A stretch of DNA of 63,528 nt, counting the filler, from Hyphochytrium catenoides (taxonomy: Eukaryota > Protista > Hyphochytriomycota), in assembly GCA_900088475.1 (NCBI GenBank). It is 5 parts of 5 records of this genome, joined end to end, with 100 filler letters (N's around TTAATTAATTAA, not from the genome) between each part and the next. Parts side by side here need not be neighbours in the genome. Positions count along the whole stretch, not along the records: positions 26,996 to 41,929 come from FLMG01001047.1; positions 42,030 to 60,285 come from FLMG01003081.1; 3 more parts are not named here. One strand, written 5' to 3'. This document shows, piece after piece, positions 26,996-45,473 of the stretch. The notes beneath the pieces are model-generated. The model saw only the letters and a list, made by a program, of their open reading frames with translations. It searched no databases and was not told the DNA's origin. Numbering within the stretch: the stretch's first letter is position 1; the number at the start of each line of letters is the position of its first letter. The translations under genes and the position numbers were made by a program.

Positions 26996-27183
26996 GCACT
27001 TGATCTCTACTTCTTCTTTCTCTCTTCTTGAGTGCAAGCAGCTGCCTCTTGTCAGGCCCTTTGGCGTCATTGGCCGCTTTTCCGGGAGGGAAGAGGGCGC
27101 GCACTGAGCTAATAAATTCTTACGGACCAGACAGTCTCTGCAGACGCGAAGCGGGGCAAAGAAGCCACGAGGAGGGGAGACAG

Positions 27184-27239
<56 letters not shown>

Positions 27240-27251
27240 AAAGTGGCAAGT

Positions 27252-27968
27252 ATGTTTGGCTATTTCACTGGCTCCAACCAGTCCAGTGGCCGAGATCAGC
27301 AGCGAAGCAGCACTTCTTCCTCTCCCCATACCCGTTCCTCATCTTCTTCAGTATCTTCCAGGAGCAGCGGCTCTCTTTCCAAGTGTTCCCACTATGAGCG
27401 GCAATGCCAAGTGAAAGCTCCGTGTTGTGGCAAGTTCTTCCCCTGTCGCCTTTGCCACGATAGCGCGCTGCCAGAAGATTGGGAGACTGCACCTCCGCGG
27501 CCAGGACAATGCAACCAGAAGATGAACCGGCACGCCGTGCAAGAGATCCAATGCAACGCCTGTGGGACCGTCCAGTCCGTATCGAATCACTGCGTCAACA
27601 GCTCGTGTGCCATACAGTTTGGCCACTATTTCTGTCCGACTTGTCGTCTTTATGCCACTCCGTCGGCCAAGGGAATCTACCATTGCGAGGGCTGTGGCAT
27701 CTGCAGAGTAGGACAGGGCCTGGACGTAGACTTCTTTCACTGTGAGACGTGCCAGGGCTGCTTTACCCTGGACTCTAAGGATGAGCACATCTGTTTCAAG
27801 GGTTCTCTCTCTCGGGACTGTCCCATTTGCTTGGAATATATGTTTGACAGTCGAGAGATGTGCTCCGTGGGGAGAAACTGTGGGCACGCAATGCATTCTT
27901 CTTGCTATAAGCAGTTTGTAAGGCAGGGTTACCGAGACTGTCCTGCATGCTTCAAGCCCTTGTTCTAA
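27252..27968 (+). CDS. RCHY1: CHY zinc finger + CTCHY + RING-H2 E3 ubiquitin ligase (Pirh2/RCHY1-like), single exon
   Basis: CSHYERQC..KAPCCGKFFPCRLCHD (CHY), YFCPTCRLY..GIYHCEGCGICRVG..FFHCETC (CTCHY), CPICLEYMFDS...CGHAMHSSC...CPAC (RING-H2). First in-frame ATG at 27252. Confidence 0.9.
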   Translation: MFGYFTGSNQSSGRDQQRSSTSSSPHTRSSSSSVSSRSSGSLSKCSHYERQCQVKAPCCGKFFPCRLCHDSALPEDWETAPPRPGQCNQKMNRHAVQEIQCNACGTVQSVSNHCVNSSCAIQFGHYFCPTCRLYATPSAKGIYHCEGCGICRVGQGLDVDFFHCETCQGCFTLDSKDEHICFKGSLSRDCPICLEYMFDSREMCSVGRNCGHAMHSSCYKQFVRQGYRDCPACFKPLF

Positions 27969-28779
27969 GCCCTAGGAACTATGAAGAGACCGACGCTAAT
28001 GATAGTGAGGAGCCGACTGTATACTAGAATTCTAAAGTTCATTTATCGACCGCGATTGCTTATCTTCCTGCCTTCCTGGACTGAAGAGCAGAAACTCCTC
28101 TCATGGATCTGTCACCCTGGGAGCCTGCAGAATGAAGGAAAGCTAGGTAATAATGAATTATTGAGAGGAAAGGCTCTTAAGTCGTACACCTTGGACCGCA
28201 GGTCAAACGACGATGCCCCCATCGGTCTCAGGAATTGCAACGCCCTGGCGCTGGGTTGATCGATAAAGATATTTCAAGACAGCCATTGTCTCAGTGCAGC
28301 TCTTATCTTCATGTTACCCTGCCTCGCTTTCTCCGACACCACGGCTTATAAGATGCATCCACTGCACTGTCTCTCTGTCTACCACGAAGCTTCATAGGAA
28401 AGCTATGGACCTTCTGTGCACAGCCCTTCCCCAGAGACCCACAGATCAGGAAGAGACGGCTACTACTGCCAATGGAGAGAGTGCCCAGCCAGCTCTGAAG
28501 CAGTCTGCAGAATGCAGAACAAAGAAGAGAGATCTGTGCTTGCAGCATAGACAGATCTTTCCAGAATTAAGCGACTAAAGAGGGTTGACTGGTGTGGGTG
28601 ATGGCCCAAGGCTCATTTGTAATCTCTATGACGTAACGGCTATAAAACGAAATAGGATAAAGACTATTTGTTTCCCAAATATATCCATAAATGCGACAAT
28701 CTAGGGACACACTCTAGGTGGTGGAGCTGGTGCTACTGACTAGGCAGACAGAGTGCGGATAATGCAAGAGAAAGAATAG

Positions 28780-29100
28780 AAGAGATATGAGAGTGGTAGA
28801 GGGGTGAGAGAGAGAGGGAATGAAAGGATAAAAATAGAGAGAAAGGAGAGACCGAGTCGAAAAGAGAGAGAATGAGTGAGACAGAGAGAGAGAAAGAAAG
28901 AAAGAGCGAGAGAGGGAAAGGAGAGAGAGAGAGAGAGAGAGAGAGGAGGGAAAGAAAGATAGAAAGAGCGAGAGAGAGAGAGAGAGAGCGTGCGCAGAGA
29001 GAGAGAGAGCGAGCGAGCGAGAGAGAGAGCGAGAGAGAGAGAGATAGAAGGAAGAGAGCGAGAACGAGAGAGAGAGAGAGAGCGAGCGAGAGAGAGGCAC
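28780..29100. repeat. Long compound (AG)n/(AGCG)n microsatellite, representative of dozens of CT/AG tracts in the window
   Basis: About 300 bp of near-pure polypurine sequence upstream of NDUFS5. Confidence 0.9.
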
Positions 29101-29238
29101 AGATTACCTAGCATATTACCTCTCCCAGACACCTGCAGATTGCTTGCCAGAGATCTGAAGCTCTTTATAACAGTTGCCTATCTTCCTGAAGAGAGACAGT
29201 CATTCCGGAGCCGTAGAGGCAATCAAAGCGTTCAAATC

Positions 29239-30201
29239 ATGTCTTCGGGTTGGGGCCTCGAGGGCCTCCAGAGCCGTTGCTATCCTTTCTGGGCCGACTT
29301 CATGAAGTGCATGGTAACCTTCGCTGCCGTCTCTTTGAAACATTCTTCTCTCTCTCTGTTTCTCTCGCTAGCTCTTTCTCTCTCTTGTTCTCTCTCTCTC
29401 TCTTGTTCTCTCTCTCTCTCTTGCTCTCTCTCTCTCTTTCTCTCTCCTTCTTATCTCTCTTTAGTTTACCTCCAAGGTCTTTGGTTGTCTGTCCTCAAGC
29501 TCAAACATCTATCTCTATTCTCTGTCTCTTTAGGCATGTGCCATTGTTAGTCATCCTCTCTGTGTCTCTTCCTTACCATGCGATTCTCCATCGGCTCGTC
29601 TCTCTCTTCAGGAATTTCTCTTGAAGAGTTTATCCTTCTCTTTATTGTTTTCTATGTCCTGGCTTTGTCCTTCCCACTCTTTTTTCCCTCATGTTCGTCT
29701 ATGATGTTTTCCTTTTCTTCGTCCTCCGCTCTCGACGGCTCCAAACTTCGCTGATTCATAAACCTCTCTGAACGGTTCATTCTCTCTCTCTCTCTCTCTC
29801 CTGTTCTCACCCTTCTCGCTGTCTCTTCTTCTCGCTCTCTATTCTTTCTCTCTCTCTCACTCTCTTTTGCCCATTGCGGTCTGGCCCCTGGGTCACTGAA
29901 GCAACAAACGGACGATGTGAAAGAGTGCGTTCCTTACAGAGAAGACTACGAGGAATGCTTATATCATAGAAAGGAGGTGGGACTAGACGGGCTCCTAAAC
30001 TTTCAAGCATCTCTCTCTTTTCTCTCTGCTTCTCTCCCTCTGTCTGTCTCCATTCCTCTCTTACGCTTTGGTCCCTAATTTCTTGGCTCTCTCTGGCCAT
30101 CCATCACTCTGCCCCCACAGTTTGCAAGAAGAGCAGCAATCCAAGCAGAGTACGAGAGGCAACAGAAGGGAAAGGAACAGAGAGAGAAGAGCGGACATTA
30201 G
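29239..30201 (+). CDS. NDUFS5: NADH:ubiquinone oxidoreductase 15 kDa subunit (NDUFS5), three exons: 29239-29313, 29902-29976, 30121-30201
   Basis: 76-aa spliced product [76 protein letters not shown], with twin CX9C motifs and the N-terminal MSSG.G..G..SRC.PFW and REDY.ECL.H.KE signatures. Missed by the ORF track. Confidence 0.9.
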
Positions 30202-30598
30202 TTAGACGCTTTACATGGCCAAACTCTCTTTGGAAAGACTTGTGATGTTCTTTACTAACGGCAAAACGAGGAGAGAAGTCACTCTTTCGAAAGAGGATAA
30301 GAGTGGCAACTAAGGAGAGAGACAAGGGAGAGAGAGAGAGAGAGGCACTTGCGCAGAGGGGGAGATGTTCTCCTTTCTCTCAGTATTCTTATGTAGCATT
30401 GTCCCTGAGACTTTGTCATCTATGTGGAATGAAAAGAGCTAGCTTGCCTCTGATCCTATAATCCTTCCGCTTTCCCCTCCTAGAGGAAAGAAAGGAAAGA
30501 CAGAGAGAGAGAGAGAACACAGAGAAACAGAGGGAAGGAACAGAGAACTGGATGATGGAAAAGGGAAAGGAGGAAGCGAGCTTCTTAGTCTCTCTTCC

Positions 30599-32170
30599 TT
30601 ACAAGTCGAATACGTTGACTTTCTTTCTTTCTTGGGTCTTTGCTTCAATCTCCTTTGGTGGAGATCCCTTGCCATACTTTTGCCCAAAGTCATCTCTCAG
30701 CTGCGAGTATTTTGACTCCCTCGCCTAAAGAAACAGTGGTGACGAAGAGAGAGAGAGTAGGAGATAGTCGTGAGACGACAACACTACGGAAGGGCTTCTC
30801 CAGGTAGAGAAAGAGTAGGAATAGAAAGACATGGCGGCCAGACGGAGAAAGTTAGCGATAGAAGAGACCTTTGAAAGAGGCGATGCCCGTAAGACGGAAA
30901 GAGAACACCTCTTTTACCTGTCCTTTCTCTTGATCAGAAACAGCCATGAGCTCATCCTCTCGGCTGATCATTAGCCTGTAACCCATCTCTTCCACTTCTC
31001 TGGCTGTCCGCAAGTTCTTGCTGGCAAGGAAGCGTAGGTTCTCCATGAGGAAGAGGGCCACAAGAATGTACGAGAGATCGTATTTATGCACGTCAAAGCG
31101 GTGTAGATCTTCGTCACTACGCAGAGAGGTGACCGATGACCCGTCGTCAGACAGCAATAGGGAGAGGACATATCGCCAGCAGCAGAGGAGAGAAGAGAAT
31201 GCAGAGCCGTTGACTAGAGAGAGAGAGGATAAGGACTAAAGAAGGACACTGACAACAGGCTAAAAGCACTGTGGCCGACGGGGAGAGATGACGTAGAAGA
31301 GGAGCGGCGGTAAACAAGAGTGTCGGATTGCGCCAATTGGAGATGGAGACATTGAGGAGATGCTACCTTAGATGCAGGTCGTCTTGATGGTACGTGAGCC
31401 ACGCCATAACGTCCTTCGCCTTGGCCCAGATAAGCACAGCGAGGAGAATCTCTGCGCAGCAGATGGGAATGGATAGCCAGCAGGAGAGAGAGAGCACCGG
31501 GTTGCAACTCTCATTGTTCACCCCGCACCAGCTCAAGACCACAGTCACGGCGAGTAAGCCACCAAGGCCAAGGATAGGAACTACAAGCAGCAAACGAGCC
31601 GGGCACAATGCACAGTTAGGAGGCACGCCTTGACGAGGGACGCAGAGTAAAAAGCAGTGCGGCAAAAGGAGGTACAAGCGCTGGTGGAGGTAACATTAGG
31701 CAAGACGCATTTGGTTCAAAGGTCACAGATCTAGGAAGACAAACCTGAAAGCCATTCTGGCGCGTAGTGATTTACAGCTGTTGGAAAGGGAAGAAGCGGC
31801 GACCAATTAGCATGGCATCTTCTCTCTCTGTCTCTCTCTCTCTGTCTCTCTCTCTCTGTCTGATTGTCTCTGCTTCTGTCCGTCTCTCTCTCTCTCTCTC
31901 TCTCTCTGTATCTCGTTCTCTGTCTCTCTCACTCTTGCACTACATGTAGCGACATCCAGAATAGAGTTTAGGGCCTGCCTTACCTAGATATGTGCCATAT
32001 GATAGCAGTAGGCAACCTGCATACAATGACAGGAAAAGGCTTAGAAGGATGAGCAATGGTCCTGCAACAAAAGGGTTTTCACTTTTACCGGCGGCCAGGT
32101 CTATGATGTTGAATAGGAATAGGGCGCTTGTCGAGCAAAAGAACTGTAGGCAGTTCACGGCTCTTGCCAT
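30599..32170 (-). CDS. Tetraspanin-like / TOM2A-like four-TM membrane protein, multi-exon
   Basis: Hydrophobic helices LFLFNIIDLAAGCLLLSYG, VPILGLGGLLAVTVVLSWCG, LSLSCWLSIPICCAEILLAVLIW and LSYILVALFLMENLRF with tetraspanin-like spacing; charged C-terminal tail ending KKVNVFDL with TAA at 30599-30601. Confidence 0.6.
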
Positions 32171-33253
32171 GACTTCTCGGTGTCCCTCAACGCAACCTAT
32201 TCAAAAGCGATTTAATAGAGACCGTTACTGGAAGTTCCACACTTGTCATCGGCTATGTTTGCCGCTGCTAAGGTTCTTCACGATGGATGACCTTACCTGC
32301 GCAGGCCTTTTTAATTTATAACCTTGTGGTCGTACAACGATAGACGTTCGAGTTACTATCGACCTTCTTGTTTCCCTTTAAAACAAGAACAATTTCTGGT
32401 GACACAACCTCAGCGATGGGTGTCTCTTCTATCGGGACAGTGGCAGGTCTTTGTGATCATTGCCAACCTCCTTGTACGTCTCAGTCATCAACAGCCAGAG
32501 GTCTGAATCTTCGTTCTGATCTTCAGAATGTGGGCGAAGATCTCTGTCGAATGCGCGAAAAGCTCCAGTTCCCCCGTTGAAGAATCTCTGTCGCTTCCTG
32601 TGGACCCATGGGCCGACCCAAAATTCAACCTGGGTAACCAGAGACCATACATTTACTAAAGGTTGATTATGGGACCCATATAACCTAATTGAAGGTCTAG
32701 TTCTCATTGCTTCCTAAAACATCATTCTCAGTTTCGTACTTTTGCGGTTCTGAATCTATCTTTGGCTGTTGCAGGAGGTGGAATTAGCAACCTGAACCTG
32801 TAATGTTACAATCTGTGTATTCTCTCTCTTATACAGGGGGAAGACTGAAAGCGACATTGGAAACACAGAGGAACAGAGAAGAGAACTTACAGAGTTTTTA
32901 GAGACGCAATGAGCTGCAGAAGAGCTCCGATCTTCAACCGTGAGCTACACAGATCTCTCAGGATTGTGGCAGATAGAGGACTAACACTCGCGGAGAAAGA
33001 GCAAGCAGTGTGCATGGTGGAAGCCCTACGCACTGCGGGGTCATTAAGAGAATGTCTGACTTAGAAAAGGACTAAGTCCGGCAAACGCCACCCTTGGACT
33101 CAGGACATCTCCGTAATGAGGTCATTCTCTTGCCAACTGCGTGACATGTTCATCTTCTACTAGTCATGATTGCTCCTAGCTGCCGTACGTAGAGGGTCCA
33201 TGGCTTGCGCCTAGCAAGCGTCGAACATAAGATCAGAAGGAGGTCCGCGCGTC

Positions 33254-34351
33254 ATGAGCAGGAGAAGGAGAATCTCGCTTACCGAGGAGGAGAGAACAGC
33301 CCTAAGGGAAGTTCTAGATGGATCCCAAGAGCTCTTCTATGGTCTCTTGCTGCTAAAGAAGACAGAACATCTCAACCTCGCTCCTCTTCTTCTCGGAGTG
33401 TTTGGTGGCGAGTTTCTTCTCTCCCGACGCTTTGACGCGGATATGGTCACTGCTGTCTGCCGTTCTGGTGCCCTTCCCATGGCTCTGTGTACACAGCACT
33501 ATCCTGGCTCAAGGGACGAATATCTTTTAATGATAAAGCTCCATGAGCGGCGATGCGTGGTAAGGTGGGAAGATCTACGTGTGCATAAGTCAACAAAGAA
33601 GAAGGCGAAGAAGTTCTCTGTCTCCATCGACAAAGTCTTTTCCAGAGTGTTAGCTAAGTGCATTGAACATCATGGAGCGGGATGGCTCTGTCCTCCCCTT
33701 GTGGAAGTCTTTGAACAGATTCATCAACAACCTGACGGTGTCAATGGCGTTACCTTCCATTCTATGGAAGTCTGGGTAGAAGATTCAGAAGACAGTCGAA
33801 TGACAGAGGCTGAGGGAGAACAGAGAGAGAAGGCTCCCATTGAAGCTGTCTCAGCTGCTGCCACCCTCAGGTCTCAAGGTCGTCCACGCGCCCGTAAAGT
33901 CAAAGCTGCACCTCAAACCTCTACAGCTGACGGCGTCAAGAAAGCGAAGATCTCAGCTGCTGATATTGTCGAAGAAGTTGAGGCGTCGTCTGCAGGTGTG
34001 CAAGCGGTTGGCGAAGGCCAGAAGATTCTTGTTGCGGGAGAGATTGGTTATGTCGTAGGCGGCTGCTACACATCTCTCTCAGGCTTTCATAGCATGAACT
34101 CGTCGGGCTCTGTGCAGCTTGCGGCTCTAGCGCAGCTTCTGCAGCTCTCAGGTTTCTCGCTGTGGGACTTGGGCATGGAAATGGACTATAAAAGAGACTT
34201 AGGAGGACGAGGCCTGCCGCGAAGTGAGTTCTTAGCAGTATTTAAAGCAGAAAAAGAGAAAGAGAGGGCTTTGCCCCTCAAACTAGAGGAGACAAATGCA
34301 TTGGAGCTGCTGAGACGACCTGTAGAAAGAGGCCCCAATGCACACGAATAG
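33254..34351 (+). CDS. Leucyl/phenylalanyl-tRNA-protein transferase family (eukaryotic ATEL1-like), single exon
   Basis: 365-aa ORF with motifs KLHERRCVV, FSVSIDKVFSRVLAKCIEHHGAGWL, FHSMEVW, LVAGEIGYVVGGCYTSLSGF, SGSVQLAALAQLL...GFSLWDLGMEMDYKRDLG...RSEFL. Confidence 0.88.
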   Translation: MSRRRRISLTEEERTALREVLDGSQELFYGLLLLKKTEHLNLAPLLLGVFGGEFLLSRRFDADMVTAVCRSGALPMALCTQHYPGSRDEYLLMIKLHERRCVVRWEDLRVHKSTKKKAKKFSVSIDKVFSRVLAKCIEHHGAGWLCPPLVEVFEQIHQQPDGVNGVTFHSMEVWVEDSEDSRMTEAEGEQREKAPIEAVSAAATLRSQGRPRARKVKAAPQTSTADGVKKAKISAADIVEEVEASSAGVQAVGEGQKILVAGEIGYVVGGCYTSLSGFHSMNSSGSVQLAALAQLLQLSGFSLWDLGMEMDYKRDLGGRGLPRSEFLAVFKAEKEKERALPLKLEETNALELLRRPVERGPNAHE

Positions 34352-34374
34352 AGGCGCTGAAAAGGTAGAGAAAG

Positions 34375-34422
<48 letters not shown>

Positions 34423-34667
34423 GCCACTGAGGGAGCTTGACCTTACTGAGAGGGAGGTGCGATATACTATTATTTATAAAAGAAAGAGAAAGAAATAACC
34501 CACTTTCTTTCTTTCTGTGCTATTTTACTGTTCGCAGGTTTCTTTGTCTCGCCTTCTTTTCTGTACCGTGCCCTATTTCTATGAGGAGGAGAATCTTCCT
34601 CTCTCTTCCTTTATGAGAGAGAAAGAGATCGAGAAAGAGCAACTCAGAGAAGCTCTGCCGTAGAGCT

Positions 34668-41929
<7,262 letters not shown>

Positions 41930-42029
41930 NNNNNNNNNNNNNNNNNNNNNNNNNNNNNNNNNNNNNNNNNNNNTTAATTAATTAANNNNNNNNNNNNNNN
42001 NNNNNNNNNNNNNNNNNNNNNNNNNNNNN
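41930..42029. other. Assembly gap with artificial linker (41974-41985)
   Basis: Same 100-bp N/linker structure. Confidence 0.97.
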
Positions 42030-42132
42030 CTCATCTCTTTTCACTCTTATTTTTCTCTATCATCTCTCTCTTTCCCTCTTTCTCTCTATCTCTTTCTCTC
42101 TCTCTTTCTCAGTTTCTCTCTCTCTCTCTCTT

Positions 42133-42582
42133 TTGCTCTTGGCCTACATAGATATCTTGCCCGCGGTGCTTCATTGCTTAGAAGTCTATTCGGATCGCCT
42201 CTCCGATCGAGGAAGAGCGGCTCCCGGGGCCTCACAAGCGCCAGATATCCTTAGATGCGCACTGGAGATAGTGAACAATATGACCGTCCCCTTCTGGGCT
42301 CCAGGTGGGAGAGAGACAGAGAGAAAAGAGAAACAAGAGAGAGAGAGAGAGAGGGGGCGAATGGAAAGGGAGAAAAAGTTATCTCTCTCCTTGAAGAGAG
42401 ACACTGAAAGAAATAGATTGCTGAGAGTAAAGATTTGCAAGGCCAAAACTTTTTTGCGAGGGAAGGGGAGAAGGGAAGAGACTGCGTGGAAGAAATGAAA
42501 AGGAGAAGCTAGTAGAGGAGAGAGAAGAGAGCAGGCCAGAATATCTTACTTCTCTCCCTCTCTCTCTCTCTCTGTCTCTCTC

Positions 42583-42616
<34 letters not shown>

Positions 42617-43340
42617 CCTCTCTCTCTCTCTTTCTCCTACTTGTTGTTTCTCCCTAGGCATTCGGCATCCTTTTCCCTTGCACATTCGGCACTCCAAAGC
42701 CCAGCTCCCTCTTATGAGTCTTGGACGACGTCTCCTCTCCGCTCTTCAGGATATCAAAGAAGAAGAAGAGAGAGAGAGAGAAGAAGGCAGAGAAGGATGG
42801 AACAATTTTCTTCCCTTTGAGAAGGCAGAGGTGCACTGTGCAATAATATTAAGCATCCTCTCTCTGGGACACATTTTCTCTCTTCTCTCCTCTTCCTCTA
42901 GTCTCTCCTCGCTAGATGACGAGGAGAAGGAGAGAAGCGAAAGACAAGAACAAGAAAATTTTCTGCTCAGATTAACTCAGGTGTCTCTCTCTAGCTAGAA
43001 CTTCCCGTTTTCTCTTTGTCTGTGTGTGTGTGTGTGTCTCTCTCTCTCTCCTCCTCCTTCTCCTCTCTTCCTCTCTCTCTCGTCTCTCCTTGTTTCTCTT
43101 GTGATCGTTTCGGGCTCCTCTCTCTTTTTGCTCAACTGCAAGAGAAAAATGTGTTCTTCACTTCCTTCCTGATGGTTTTCGTCCTCTGTCGCTTAATGTC
43201 CTGAGGTACTTCCGGAAGTAATAACCGTCTTCCTCTCTTCTCCTCTTCCTCTCTCTCTCTCTCTTTCTCTCTCTCTCTTACTTTCTCTCNNNNNNNNNNN
43301 NNNNNNNNNNNNNNNNNNNNNNNNNNNNNNNNNNNNNNNN

Positions 43341-43375
<35 letters not shown>

Positions 43376-44860
43376 GCTTGCTCTTTCCTGCCACCCTCAC
43401 ACTCTCTCTCTCTTGTGGACCTTCCAGACTCTTTGTGATGAGAGGAATATTGGCTTGCCTTTAAGAGCGATGGCGCAACACGAAGAGACGATCATTTCCC
43501 TTCTCTGCCTATTGGAGTCTCCTCTCTCCTCTTCCCAGCTCTTTGCTCTTCACTCTCTCTCTCTCCTTCTTCAGGAGAGAGAAGAAGAGGACAGAATCGT
43601 GTGTCTCTCTCTCCAGCAGACTGTCCAAAGAAATCTGGCGCTTACAGGTGCCATGCCTTCCATCGCCCGACTGAGAGACTCACGGGACCAAAAGGTATAG
43701 CACGTGCTCTTTCTCTATCTTTCCTCCCTCTCTTTTGCATTCAGTTCTTCTGTTTTGGCGTCTCGATCACCATCTCTCTCTCTCTCTCTTTCTCTCTCCC
43801 TCTCTCTCTCTCTCTCTCTCCTCTCTGTCTTTTTCTCCTCTCTCTCTTTTGCTCTCTCTCTTTTGCTCTCTCTCTCTCCCTTTGTCTTTCTCTCTCTTCT
43901 CCTCATCTTCACTTCTTTCCCATTCCGCTCTCTTTCTGACGCGCTCTTCTGTCTGTTCTCAAACTTTCTTCCGCAGCCACTTCCTATTCCCTCCGACTCA
44001 TGTAGGCTGTCCCTCTCCTCTTTTTCATCTTCTCTCGAAGCAGGTCAGAGCTGCTGCCAGAGTACTATTACAGATCTTAGGCCTCGAAGAGCTCATGGGG
44101 GAGGAATCTCTCTCTTTCTCTCCTTCTACCTCTCTCTTTTCCGACTACGGGTCTCTGTACTTAGAAGCACAGCAGTTGCCTCTTCTCTCTCTCTCTCATA
44201 GTTCTATCCCCTCTGGCTCGTCTCTCTCTTTCTTACAAAGAGAAAAAGAGAGAAGCTGCCCTCTTCCTTCGCCTCCTTGGCCGAAAACGTTGTCTCACTC
44301 AGTTTGTCGTCCAGATGTCGTTGTCATTGCCGTCTCTTCCTCTTCTTCTCTCTCCCACAAGGAAGAAATGCAGACGGAGAGTCATGGAGTAGATGACGAG
44401 AAGAGAAGAAGAGAAAGAGAGAGACAGTTCGCCAGCTCTAGTGACCCTCAAGAGAGAGACAGAAAAGAAGAGAGAGCATGCTCTTTCTATGCTCATCGTC
44501 TGGTTCTCTCCGCACGTTCTCCTACTTTCCGTCGCATGCTGGAGAGTGGAATGAGAGAGTCTTTCTCGCAGTGTCTCTCTCTTTCTTGCTCCTCTCCTCG
44601 AGCGGTTGAAGCGCTTCTCTGGTACATTTATACTGGGGAAGGGAAGGGCTTGGAGCCAAATATTNNNNNNNNNNNNNNNNNNNNNNNNNNNNNNNNNNNN
44701 NNNNNNNNNNNNNNNNNNNNNNNNNNNNNNNNNNNNNNNNNNNNNNNNNNNNNNNNNNNNNNCTCTTTGTCTTTCTCTCTTTTCTCTCTCTCTTGTCTCT
44801 CTCTCTTTCTTTGTCTCTCTCTCTCTCTGTCTCTCTCTCTTTTCTCTCTTTCTTTGTCCC

Positions 44861-44891
<31 letters not shown>

Positions 44892-44896
44892 CTCTC

Positions 44897-44936
<40 letters not shown>

Positions 44937-45473
44937 TTTGTCTCTCTGGACCGACTTTTTCTTCCTCTTTCTCTCATCCATTATCTTCTGCCCCTCTGCC
45001 TTTCTCTCGTCTCGATTTGACTTTCCCGACACATCTCATTTCTTTTTCTCTTCTCGCTGGCTTCTCCTGTAAACCACAAAGGTGGTATCTCTCTCTTTCC
45101 TCTCCTTCTCTCTTTGCTTTCTAGCTATATCTCTCCCGGCTGTATCTCTATCTCTCTGCCTCCTAGCTTTTCAAGTCTCTCTCGGTCTCCTCAGTCATCT
45201 CCTGAATATTCCTGGCATTTCACAGAAAACTAATGCCTGTGCTCTCTTCCGAGTTCTCTCTCTCTTCTAACTCACTGTTTGACTCGATTCTTTACGCGGC
45301 TATGACTATCTCTTTCTCATTCTCTTTCCTTCTCTCCTTTGTTTCAGGGGATAGATTCTTCGAACGTCTATGAGATTCTCTCAGTGGCGGAAGGATTACG
45401 TCCAGCCACTGCACACCTTCTTCGGCAATGCCACAGATATCTCAGGGATCATGGAATGGAGATTCCTCAGTAG
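42133..45473 (+). CDS. Helical-repeat (ARM-like) protein with C-terminal BTB/POZ and BACK-like segment; partial, interrupted by gaps
   Basis: BTB motif FYAHRLVLSARSPTFRRMLESGMRES...AVEALLWYIYTG (about 44485-44640). ARM-like exons (QRNLALTGAMPSIARLRDSRDQK|VRAAARVLLQIL). Last exon IDSSNVYEILSVAE...LLRQCHRYL ends at TAG 45471-45473. The 5' end is not visible. Confidence 0.72.
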
